The notes beneath the pieces are model-generated. The model saw only the letters and a program-made list of their open reading frames with translations, ran no database searches and had not been told where the DNA came from. From a virus: a stretch of DNA of 35,330 bases. The stretch lies in the IMG/VR virus record IMGVR_UViG_3300045988_136456; one strand, 5' to 3'. Below, piece after piece: positions 14,088-21,969 of the stretch. A program made the translations under genes and the position numbers. Numbering within the stretch: position 1 is the first letter of the stretch; each line of letters starts with the position of its first letter.

Positions 14088-15525
14088 CATCACGAAATTT
14101 GCCGAGGCTCTGCCCGACCGCGCGGATTTGCCCGATTCGGGTATGACGCGCGAGATCCCGGTGGACGACATCCTCGACAATCCGCGCAACTTCTACCCGC
14201 GGCCCGACAATCAGGCGCTCGCCGCGCTAATGGAGTCCATCCAAGCCAACGGCCTGCTTGAGCCTCCGACCGTCGTGCCGGACACGGACGGCAAGTACCG
14301 CCTGATCTCCGGACACAGCCGCATGGCGGCGCTGCGGCTGCTTGCGGCGAATCGGGACGAGGCCGTCGCGAAGCAGTTCTCCACCGTGCTCTGCCGAGTG
14401 CTGCCCGCGATGACGGAGGAGCAGGAGCTGTGCGCGGTGATCGAGGCGAACCGTCAGCGCGTGAAGTCCAACGCGCTGCTTGCGGAGGAGGCCGAGAAGC
14501 TCAAAGAGACTTATATTCGGCGCAAGAAGGCCGGCGAGGAGTTCCCGGTCGGCCTGCGTGAGTGGATCGCCAGGGAGATGCAGATCAACGCGACGAAGGT
14601 CGGCAACCTGCAGGTCATTAAAAAGGGCCTCAAGGTGCCGGGCATCATCAGGAGGTGGGAGGCGGGCGAACTTCCCGAAGCCGCCGCACTTGAGATCGCC
14701 CGCATGGACGACGAGACGCAGTACAGGCTGCTGGATTGGGTGATCGACAATCACCGCACATGGACGATCAACAATGTGCGCGAGTTTTCGACCTGCTGGG
14801 CCTGCTGCAAGCATAAATGCCCGGATACCGGCAGCTTCTGTCCGAACGCCGCGCGGATGTACGCTGACCGTTATCGCTACGGCGAGTGGCGCTGCACCGG
14901 CTGCTGCCGCGAATGTCGCAGTCGTGACACCTGCTCTTCTGCGTGTCGCTTTGTTGTCGCAGAGCGGCCGCCGAAGGAGCCGGATTCTGCCGTGCCCCGA
15001 AATCCGGCAGCCGACGACCCTCGGCTCAAGAACATGACGCCGAAATTCTGCGAGCGCGTTAAAGCTCTGCGCGAAGCGACCGGCTTGACGCGCAAGGAGT
15101 TTGCCGAGAGCATCGGCGAGTACCCCGGCACCTACAGCGCGTGGGAGAACAACAGCCTTGCCGGTGCGGGCTCGCTGCCCAAGCTGGCGCTGACGCTCGG
15201 CACGACGATGGACTACCTCTGCGGTCTGACGGACGATCCTTTACCGCCGCGAGACGAGTGGAGGGTTGGCGTGGATCTTGCCGCGCCGGAATGGCTGCCG
15301 CTCGACGCGGCGCACTGGCCGACCGAGGGCGCGCTGGTCGTGCTCAGTTATGAGACCGGCCTCGGCGGCAGCAGCTACCTCGTGGCCCGCTGCGCCGGCG
15401 GCGCGGATGATGAGTACCCGTTTATCTCGACAGACGCGGGGACCACGGTCGACGACATCGTCGAGTGCCGCTGCGACCGCTGGATGCCGCTTGCCGAGTG
15501 CGGCCGCGGCAAGGAGGACGCATGA
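14074..15525 (+). CDS. parB: ParB/Srx-domain protein fused to a Cys-rich segment, an XRE HTH and a C-terminal domain
   Basis: Contains ILDNPRNFYPR...ESIQANGLLEPPTVV...YRLISGHSRMAALRLL, the Cys cluster CWACCKHKCPDTGSFCPN...CTGCCRECRSRDTCSSAC, and the HTH GLTRKEFAESIGEYPGTYSAWEN. Confidence 0.75.
   Translation: MAKFDITKFAEALPDRADLPDSGMTREIPVDDILDNPRNFYPRPDNQALAALMESIQANGLLEPPTVVPDTDGKYRLISGHSRMAALRLLAANRDEAVAKQFSTVLCRVLPAMTEEQELCAVIEANRQRVKSNALLAEEAEKLKETYIRRKKAGEEFPVGLREWIAREMQINATKVGNLQVIKKGLKVPGIIRRWEAGELPEAAALEIARMDDETQYRLLDWVIDNHRTWTINNVREFSTCWACCKHKCPDTGSFCPNAARMYADRYRYGEWRCTGCCRECRSRDTCSSACRFVVAERPPKEPDSAVPRNPAADDPRLKNMTPKFCERVKALREATGLTRKEFAESIGEYPGTYSAWENNSLAGAGSLPKLALTLGTTMDYLCGLTDDPLPPRDEWRVGVDLAAPEWLPLDAAHWPTEGALVVLSYETGLGGSSYLVARCAGGADDEYPFISTDAGTTVDDIVECRCDRWMPLAECGRGKEDA
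14130..14141. repeat. Partial palindrome family copy (GCCCGATTCGGG) inside the parB 5' end
   Basis: 12-bp core only. Confidence 0.6.
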
Positions 15526-15869
15526 AGAGGTCAGGACTGCTGCAAAAGCGCGACGCGCTGACGCAGGAGCGGCTCGACGTGATGCAGCGGACGATGAAGC
15601 AGTACATGCTCGACACGCTCCTCATCACGATGCACGAGGATTTCGGCTGGGGCTATGAGCGCCTCAGCCGCCTCGCGGAAAAGTGGGGCGAGACCTATGA
15701 CCGCTATTTCCCCGCGCTCCAAAGCACCGACGAATCCGATGTCTGGCAGGAGCGCCTCGACCGCGCGACGCTCGCTTTTCTCGGCGACCACACATTTTAC
15801 CCCTTCCCGAAGCGCTATCCGGAGATCAAACGGCTCGGCTATGAGCCGAAGAGGAGGAGCCATGCTTGA
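15522..15869 (+). CDS. Hypothetical protein
   Basis: ATGA overlap with the parB stop. AAGGAGG RBS. Confidence 0.6.
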   Translation: MKRSGLLQKRDALTQERLDVMQRTMKQYMLDTLLITMHEDFGWGYERLSRLAEKWGETYDRYFPALQSTDESDVWQERLDRATLAFLGDHTFYPFPKRYPEIKRLGYEPKRRSHA

Positions 15870-16050
15870 CTATGATGACCTCGCCCCGCGGTATGTGGGC
15901 ATCTGCCTAATTTGCGGCGAGCAGGTGTTGAAAAAGAAGGCGGTCTCGATCATGTACCGCGCACCCTACGCGTCGGTACGGACGCTTGGGTACTTTTGCC
16001 GTGGTTGCTGGATCAAATTTTTGGAGGGAAACGGCATTTCAGAGCCGTGA
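15862..16050 (+). CDS. Small Cys-containing hypothetical protein
   Basis: GAGGAGGAG RBS. Contains CLICGE...CRGC. Confidence 0.55.
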   Translation: MLDYDDLAPRYVGICLICGEQVLKKKAVSIMYRAPYASVRTLGYFCRGCWIKFLEGNGISEP

Positions 16051-16062
16051 AAGGAGGAGCAC

Positions 16063-16527
16063 ATGAAAAACAATGAGATCGTCAGGGCGCTGCGGTGCAT
16101 TTCCACCGCAGGCGGAGAGAATGCCTGCGAGCATTGCCCGTACTGGAAGGAAGAGGAAGTCCCGGAAGAAGAACGGCCCATATACGGAGCCGACACGATG
16201 CATTCATGCGATGTCGACCGCGTCGGACTGGATGGCGCGGATTTGATCGAGCGCCTGACCGCGCGCTGCGCGCGGTACGCCGAGGAGATCGCCGTGGCGC
16301 AGGAGCGGACACGGTGGATCCCCGTGACGGAGCGCCTGCCGGAGGCGACCGACGGAGGCTATGTGCTTGCTTGCGTAACATGGAAGGACGCTCACATCGA
16401 CTATCAGAACGCCGTGGTGATGGCGTTTGTCTCGGAAAAGGGGCTTGTAGACGTAGAAATGGACTGTGTGCTTGATGGCGTCACGCACTGGATGCCGCTG
16501 CCCGAAGGGCCGGAGGAGGAAGGGTAA
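16063..16527 (+). CDS. DUF551-like domain protein
   Basis: C-terminus RWIPVTERLPEATDGGYVLACV...GVTHWMPLPEGP. Confidence 0.65.
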   Translation: MKNNEIVRALRCISTAGGENACEHCPYWKEEEVPEEERPIYGADTMHSCDVDRVGLDGADLIERLTARCARYAEEIAVAQERTRWIPVTERLPEATDGGYVLACVTWKDAHIDYQNAVVMAFVSEKGLVDVEMDCVLDGVTHWMPLPEGPEEEG

Positions 16528-17016
16528 ATGAAAAGACTGACAACTAATTGCCCGGATAACAACCTTGATGTCGCCCTGAATCTGTTTTACATCAAAGACT
16601 TCGAGACGTGGGTGCGGGGCGGAGGTGATGGCCCGGACTACCCGGACATCCGGCTCTACGATTTTATCCGCAAAGCCGCAAAGATTTTACTGCCGGATTT
16701 AGACTTTCCAATGGATGATGACGGCGTAGACTATGCGATGGGTGAGCTTTTGCTGGACGGTCCTGATGAGCCAACAGGATTGCTTGCCCTGCTATATACC
16801 GCAGCATGGTCATACGCAGAACTGCGTGGCAGGCTCATGCAATACGAGGACACGGGCAAGACACCGGTGGAAGTGTCCACACTGGTTAAAGATTGGAACG
16901 ACCTTTGCACTATCGTCAGAGAGTGCGGTGGCATTAGCCGAGTAAGGGTACTGGCCGAGGCCGACAAGGACGGTCGGCTGGTGGTGTCGCCGGAACCGCC
17001 GAAGAAGGTGGAGTGA
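16528..17016 (+). CDS. Hypothetical protein
   Basis: The ATG directly follows the previous stop, with a GGAGGAGG upstream. Confidence 0.6.
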   Translation: MKRLTTNCPDNNLDVALNLFYIKDFETWVRGGGDGPDYPDIRLYDFIRKAAKILLPDLDFPMDDDGVDYAMGELLLDGPDEPTGLLALLYTAAWSYAELRGRLMQYEDTGKTPVEVSTLVKDWNDLCTIVRECGGISRVRVLAEADKDGRLVVSPEPPKKVE

Positions 17017-17165
17017 TGCTTGAGCTCAGATTAGATGACCCTCATTTCGCGGAAAACGCTCTGGCGGCAATGAGCCTGAAAAAGATGGGATTCCGGGACG
17101 ACGAGCTGGAGCTGCTCTACCAAAAGCAGCTTGAAGAGGATGCAAAGGAGGCAGCTAATGACTGA
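17016..17165 (+). CDS. Small hypothetical protein (49 aa), not in the ORF track
   Basis: TGATG overlap with the previous gene. Translates to MLELRLDDPHFAENALAAMSLKKMGFRDDELELLYQKQLEEDAKEAAND and fills an otherwise empty gap. Confidence 0.4.
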   Translation: MLELRLDDPHFAENALAAMSLKKMGFRDDELELLYQKQLEEDAKEAAND

Positions 17166-17445
17166 CATGGAACGCAGAACCTTCTGCGCGGCGCTCAGTC
17201 GCTACGGCGCGCAGGCGCAGATCACGATGGTCTTTGAGGAGATGGCCGAACTGCAGGATGTGCTGTGTAAGTTCCTGCGCGGGCGCGTGGACGGCGACGC
17301 GCTCGCCAACATCGCCGAGGAGCTCGCCGACGTCGGGATCATGCTCGACCAGATGGCGATCGAGTTTGAGGTCGAGGACGCGGTGTCAGAGCAGCGGGCA
17401 CACAAGGTCCGGCGGCTGCGGGAAAGGATTAAGAACGATGAATGA
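17158..17445 (+). CDS. MazG-like nucleotide pyrophosphohydrolase
   Basis: EEMAELQDVLCKFLRGR...IAEELADVGIMLDQM. AAGGAGG RBS. Confidence 0.6.
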   Translation: MTDMERRTFCAALSRYGAQAQITMVFEEMAELQDVLCKFLRGRVDGDALANIAEELADVGIMLDQMAIEFEVEDAVSEQRAHKVRRLRERIKNDE

Positions 17446-17764
17446 ATACATCGACCGTGATGCGCTGCGTCAAGCGGTGCTGGAAAGCCAGCACGACAAC
17501 CCTCATCCACGTGGTATGGCTCATATTGCACATGACTGTGAGCACGCACACTTTGTAGCGATGATCGCCCGCTTCCCAGCCGCTGACGTTGCGCCGGTGG
17601 TGCATGGGTGCTTCGAGCCGTGTTTTGACGAGAACGGTAATTGGCGGCAGGGCTTTGCGAAATGCTCGAATTGCGGCAAGGAATACTACGCACAGGTAAT
17701 CAACCATTTTGGTTACTGCCCCAACTGCGGGGCGAAAATGGACGGAGGTGCGGACAATGGCTGA
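17438..17764 (+). CDS. Zn-ribbon hypothetical protein, tandem paralog 1
   Basis: MNEYIDRDAL...ADVAPVVHG...CSNCG...CPNCGAKMDGGADNG. Confidence 0.6.
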   Translation: MNEYIDRDALRQAVLESQHDNPHPRGMAHIAHDCEHAHFVAMIARFPAADVAPVVHGCFEPCFDENGNWRQGFAKCSNCGKEYYAQVINHFGYCPNCGAKMDGGADNG

Positions 17765-18053
17765 ATACATTGAGCGGGAGGCGTTGCTGGACAGCATTTG
17801 CTATGAAACGTGCGGGATAGCGTTTTGCGGCGCTACGAACTGTGCTTTTATGGCAAAGGTTTGCTCTGCGCCCGTTGCCGATGTTGCCCCGGTGGTGCGG
17901 TGTAAGAACTGCAAGCACAGAGGGTGGGTACAGGAGCCGTGCCACGGTAAGAGCGTTGATTATTGCAGGATTTGGGACTGCACTTTGCGGAATCTGGAAG
18001 CGACGTTTTGCAGCTACGGCGAACAAAAGGATGGAGGTGCCAGCAATGCCTGA
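17757..18053 (+). CDS. Cys-rich hypothetical protein, tandem paralog 2
   Basis: MAEYIEREAL...ADVAPVVRCKNCKH...QKDGGASNA. The gene-junction sequence is also duplicated. Confidence 0.6.
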   Translation: MAEYIEREALLDSICYETCGIAFCGATNCAFMAKVCSAPVADVAPVVRCKNCKHRGWVQEPCHGKSVDYCRIWDCTLRNLEATFCSYGEQKDGGASNA

Positions 18054-18300
18054 ATTCCGTAGACTAACCTACAAGACGCCGGACGGGGCGTGGGGCATCA
18101 AGGGCGTGAGTCTGCTCACCTGCCCGGCGCGGCTCTACGGCGCGGCCGCAAAGCTGTGCGACATGGAGACGCTGTGCGAGGAGGCTGCCGCGGCGGGAGA
18201 CGGCGAGCGGATGCTCGACGCGCTGCAGGAGTTGGTGGACAAGGGCCTCGGCGGACGCTTCATCGACCTGCGCAGGGTGCTGGAAGGGGTGGAGCTATGA
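18046..18300 (+). CDS. Hypothetical protein
   Basis: GGAGGTG RBS. 84 aa. Confidence 0.55.
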   Translation: MPEFRRLTYKTPDGAWGIKGVSLLTCPARLYGAAAKLCDMETLCEEAAAAGDGERMLDALQELVDKGLGGRFIDLRRVLEGVEL

Positions 18301-18980
18301 CGTGGGGCAGGGTGTTGATCGTCAAATTGCCGGAGCTGCATGCCGACGTCAAACAGCTCGAGGCGTTCCGCGCCTATGTGTGCGACGCGCTCGGCGCGGG
18401 CACGCTGGTGCTGCCGCTTGGCACGACCTACGCGGTCGAGGAGTTCCCCGCGCTCGGCGCGGTGGAGGTGGTCGCGGGGGACGCCGTGCCTGTCGTGATC
18501 GGCGGGCCGAGGCCAACGCCTGCGGGCGGAGGCGGCGGGCTGGTCGTTGGCGGGCGCGTCGTCCGCTCGGTGCCCGATTCGGGCACGGAAAAGGAACCTT
18601 CCAAGAAGGAGCTGCCCGACATCCCCGCGGCGGAGGGTGTGAGCCGACCGGAGCCGAAGCCGGTCGAGCCGCCGGAGAGACCGCCCGAGGAGAAGGCCGA
18701 CGTGCCGAAGCCGACGGAGATCAAGCTGCCGTTGGCGGTCGGTCAGGCAACGCCGCGGTTTGCCGGGAAGGCGTCGAGCGAGAAAGCGGACATCTTTGCC
18801 CGGTTGAACCGGTACTGGTCGGAAAAGGGGCCGGGCTCGATGATCAAGCTCTCCGAGGCCTGCGGGCTGGATGCCTCGAAGCTCTACCTGATGCAGCGCA
18901 ACGACGGGAAGTTTGACATTGAGCACTGGCGCGCGGTCAACGCGGGTCTGGACAAGCTCGGATATGGAGGGACGAAATGA
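18297..18980 (+). CDS. Hypothetical protein with a Pro/Gly-rich linker
   Basis: ATGA overlap with the previous gene. The linker contains a family palindrome, translated as VPDSGT. Confidence 0.55.
   Translation: MTWGRVLIVKLPELHADVKQLEAFRAYVCDALGAGTLVLPLGTTYAVEEFPALGAVEVVAGDAVPVVIGGPRPTPAGGGGGLVVGGRVVRSVPDSGTEKEPSKKELPDIPAAEGVSRPEPKPVEPPERPPEEKADVPKPTEIKLPLAVGQATPRFAGKASSEKADIFARLNRYWSEKGPGSMIKLSEACGLDASKLYLMQRNDGKFDIEHWRAVNAGLDKLGYGGTK
18570..18586. repeat. Palindrome family copy (GTGCCCGATTCGGGCAC) inside a CDS
   Basis: 17-bp perfect palindrome. Confidence 0.9.
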
Positions 18981-19201
18981 CAAGGAAACGGATGATCAAG
19001 CTGCTGATGGGGTTGGGCGCATCTCGTAATGATGCGGTGTGGGCAGCGAACCAGTGTGACGGCAAGCTTTCGCACAGCCATTGTTTGGGGTTCTTGCTTG
19101 ACGAATACATCCGGGATCGCCGACGTCAGCAAAGGCGATACATCATCGAGGGCGACATGACCGGCGCGGTCGCCGGAATGGTCGGAAGCGTGTATGGCTG
19201 A
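18977..19201 (+). CDS. Hypothetical protein
   Basis: ATGA overlap with the previous gene. 74 aa. Confidence 0.5.
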   Translation: MTRKRMIKLLMGLGASRNDAVWAANQCDGKLSHSHCLGFLLDEYIRDRRRQQRRYIIEGDMTGAVAGMVGSVYG

Positions 19202-19913
19202 GCGGTTCTACTGCGTGCGCCAGCGCGCGGGGAATCTTGTCAAGGAGTACCGCGGGACGATGCCGCCGCGCTATGCGCCCTCCGACACCGACGAGGACCG
19301 GCGCGCCAAGGCCGACCTCAAGGCGCAGCGGCGCACGGTGCTCAACCGCGACTCCACCGACCGGCTCGAGCTGATGATCGCGCTCATGGGCAAGTACGCC
19401 ACGCACTACATTCTGGAGTTCGACGACGAGCATCTGCCGGAGCGCTTTGCCGACGTGCGCAAGGCGCTGCGGGCCTTCCTGCGGCGCGTGGAGCGCTATC
19501 GAGGCAAGGGCGGTTTTGACTACATCCCGGCCATCGAGGGCCTGCACGGTGCGCACAGGTATCACATCCACCTCGTCGCGGACTACCGGCAGCTCTCGCC
19601 GGCGGAGGTGCGGTTCCTGTGGCAGTGCGGCGAGGTGACGGATTGGCCGGTATTTAAGCGGCACGGCAAGGCGCTCGGCTACCGCTACCTCGCGCGCTAT
19701 CTCACCAAGGAGCGCAGCGACGGAATCATCATCCCGGTTGGGCGGCATCCGTGGAGCTGCTCGCGCAGTCTGCGCGCAAAGCTGCCGCCGCCGGAGGTGT
19801 GGCTCGACGAGAGCGATGCGATCACGATACCGTTCGACGCGATGCTCCCACGGGTGCGGACCGGCGGCAGTCAATTTGGCAGCTACCGGGTGGCGAGCTG
19901 GATCGAGGCGTAA
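19194..19913 (+). CDS. HUH-type rolling-circle Rep-like protein
   Basis: Motif-like segments are THYILEFDDEH, HRYHIHLVADY (HUH) and GYRYLARYLTKE (Tyr motif). Confidence 0.55.
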   Translation: MAERFYCVRQRAGNLVKEYRGTMPPRYAPSDTDEDRRAKADLKAQRRTVLNRDSTDRLELMIALMGKYATHYILEFDDEHLPERFADVRKALRAFLRRVERYRGKGGFDYIPAIEGLHGAHRYHIHLVADYRQLSPAEVRFLWQCGEVTDWPVFKRHGKALGYRYLARYLTKERSDGIIIPVGRHPWSCSRSLRAKLPPPEVWLDESDAITIPFDAMLPRVRTGGSQFGSYRVASWIEA

Positions 19914-19988
19914 GGAATCGCGTGCGCGCGTGCGCGCGACATTACTTGTAACCTATTGGCTTTTTAGTGACAGAATGAAAGGATGGCG

Positions 19989-20195
19989 ATGAACGACTTG
20001 AAAACGATCGCGAAAGGTGCTAAACTTAGCATCAAGGACGGACACATCGTGTGTCCCGTCTGCCGGATGAAAACCAGGCAGATCATCCGGCCGGAGACCG
20101 AGGCGAAAAACCTGCAGGTGTTCTGCGCGCAGTGTAAGTCGCAGATGCTCGTGAATATCAAAACTGGCCAGTGCTCTTTTGTTAGCCCGTGCTGA
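19989..20195 (+). CDS. Cysteine-rich KTR-like small protein
   Basis: CPVCRMKTRQIIRPETEAKNLQVFCAQCKSQMLVNI. Confidence 0.6.
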   Translation: MNDLKTIAKGAKLSIKDGHIVCPVCRMKTRQIIRPETEAKNLQVFCAQCKSQMLVNIKTGQCSFVSPC

Positions 20196-20243
20196 TCGAG
20201 TCCAGACGTTGGACGTGATCGGTGCGGGTGTTTTCTTTTGCCC

Positions 20244-20534
20244 ATGTTTGATTATTCACGAAAGAACAAGCGCTGGCAGCGGCTGCGCGTGCGGGCGCTC
20301 CGGCGGGACGGATATCGGTGCCGAGAAGCGGCCCGGTACGGTCGGCGCGAGGCGGCGCAGGTGGTGCATCACATCTGGCCTGCCGAGGACTACCCGGAGT
20401 ATGCGTACTGTCTCTGGAACCTCGTGAGCCTGTCGAGTGCGGCGCACGATGCGATGCACGATCGCGCGACCAGAAAGCTCACGGCGCTCGGTGAGCGCTG
20501 GCGAAATAGAGTCCCCCCACCTCCTGGCGGGTGA
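20244..20534 (+). CDS. HNH endonuclease, packaging-associated type
   Basis: WQRLRVRALRRDGYRCREA...VVHHIWP...NLVSLSSAAHDAMHDR, upstream of the terminase genes. Confidence 0.8.
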   Translation: MFDYSRKNKRWQRLRVRALRRDGYRCREAARYGRREAAQVVHHIWPAEDYPEYAYCLWNLVSLSSAAHDAMHDRATRKLTALGERWRNRVPPPPGG

Positions 20535-21191
20535 CGGTGGAGTCTCTGCAGCTGGGTGCAGGACTCCGCGCACACGCAGCGGAAAATTTTTCCGGAGAAA
20601 AATGTCGGGAAAAACGCTGGGGTGCGCCCAAAAAACTGCGCGATGGAGACTGCCGGAGCGGCGCGTGATAAGAGCCTGCGCGTATGCGCCCGATAGTTTG
20701 TTTCGCGCGGGCCGCGGACGCGAACCGCGCACGGACCGTGCGGATGCGTTGACGCCAGCCTTCCCCACGATTTGTCCCAGATGCTCCGGTGCAGCCCCCG
20801 GCTCTTGAGCCGGATAGTCTTCACGCTTCTGTCCCCTGCCCCTCGGCACCTCCGAGGGTCGGGGGCTGCACCGGAACGGCGGACGCTGCGTTTTCGCAGC
20901 GGAATGTGGAATATGCTGCACGGATGCAGCGAGAAGCTCCTGCGTGTTCTCCGCTCTTTGACGGGCGGCATGATGTTATTCTCCTACCCCCGCGGCCCTC
21001 GAATCGCGAGGGGCGGGGAATGCGCAGGAGCGCCGCCGGTGGCGGAGAAAGCGACTAAGCATTCGAGGCAGCGGCGCTGTCGCCGCAAGCGGAAACGCCG
21101 CGGGGACGGCCTGCCGCGACGGTGGGCCAGATGCGCAGGAGCTTAATGGCCATCATGCCCGAATCGGGCACGGAAGAAATGGGGTGAGACA
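20535..21191 (+). other. 657-nt ORF-free, GC-rich, hairpin-dense region: candidate large structured RNA and/or cos region
   Basis: The only ORFs here are Arg-rich with atypical codons. At least 8 local stems were read by eye, plus a 14-bp long-range helix (20786-20799 with 20861-20874) that encloses two hairpins. Confidence 0.5.
21155..21171. repeat. Palindrome family copy (ATGCCCGAATCGGGCAC)
   Basis: 15-bp perfect palindrome core, 20 nt upstream of the first late gene. Confidence 0.9.
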
Positions 21192-21587
21192 GTGGACGGG
21201 AACCGGAAAAAGGTCGGCGGGTGTACGCTCGGAAGCTACGCGCTGGACGTGAAGTGTGAGGACTGCTCGCACTGTGGATGGAACCCTGCGGTTGACGCGG
21301 AGCGCAAGCGGAACATCCGGCGCGGAGTGATCCGCGAAAAGGAACGTGTGCGCCTGACGGCGGCGCGAAAGACCGCCGTGCCGGATCGTGCAGGCTGGTA
21401 CAACGCAAAGCGCGCACTGCCCGATCCAGGCGAGCGCGTGATCGTGACCGACGGCGTATTCGTCGGTGAGGCCTATCTCAGCAAGGGCGGCATTTGGCTG
21501 CGCTACGGCATGGAGATGGTCGACCGACGGACCGGCATCTTCCCGCCCGTGGCGTGGATGCCGCTGCCGGTGTTCTTGAAGCCATAA
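21192..21587 (+). CDS. DUF551-like domain protein
   Basis: GTG start. Cys cluster CEDCSHCGW. C-terminus GWYNAKRALPDPGERVIVTD...VAWMPLPVF. Confidence 0.55.
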   Translation: MDGNRKKVGGCTLGSYALDVKCEDCSHCGWNPAVDAERKRNIRRGVIREKERVRLTAARKTAVPDRAGWYNAKRALPDPGERVIVTDGVFVGEAYLSKGGIWLRYGMEMVDRRTGIFPPVAWMPLPVFLKP

Positions 21588-21600
21588 CGGAGGACACGAC

Positions 21601-21969
21601 ATGACCAAGGAACAGATCTATGCCGAGCAGATGCGTGACCTCGGCATCTATGACAAGGCCTTTGAGCCGGAGATCCATACGCTCGCCATCCTGGAGCGGG
21701 AGCACCAGCGGACGATGAAGGAATGGAAGGCCACGGCAGAGGACGGCAGAGCCCCCAGCGCTGCCGACAAGCTCTACACCGTGATCCAGCAGCAGCGCCG
21801 AGACATTCTTGCGCACCGTGAGGCACTGGGACTTACGCCGAAGGCCTTCAAGCGGCTGCGCCCAATGGACAGCGGCGCTGCGGCGGACAGCGAGCCGGTA
21901 GGCGGTGCGAACCGGCAGCTGGCGGGATTGCTGGACCGGCTCATGGAGGGCGCGCATGGCGACGCATGA
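21601..21969 (+). CDS. terS: Terminase small subunit, P27-family-like
   Basis: Position, size and the segment REALGLTPKAFKRL. GGAGGA RBS. Confidence 0.65.
   Translation: MTKEQIYAEQMRDLGIYDKAFEPEIHTLAILEREHQRTMKEWKATAEDGRAPSAADKLYTVIQQQRRDILAHREALGLTPKAFKRLRPMDSGAAADSEPVGGANRQLAGLLDRLMEGAHGDA

Noticed and set aside
20437-21146. ORFs 20437-20808 and 20772-21146 (+), 20256-20921 and 20390-20971 (-), plus a possible 68-aa ORF starting at ATG 20602
   Set aside because: All are Arg/Pro/Cys-rich with rare codons (AGA, ATA, CGA, AGT), overlap one another, and lack convincing RBSs. The region is better explained as non-coding.
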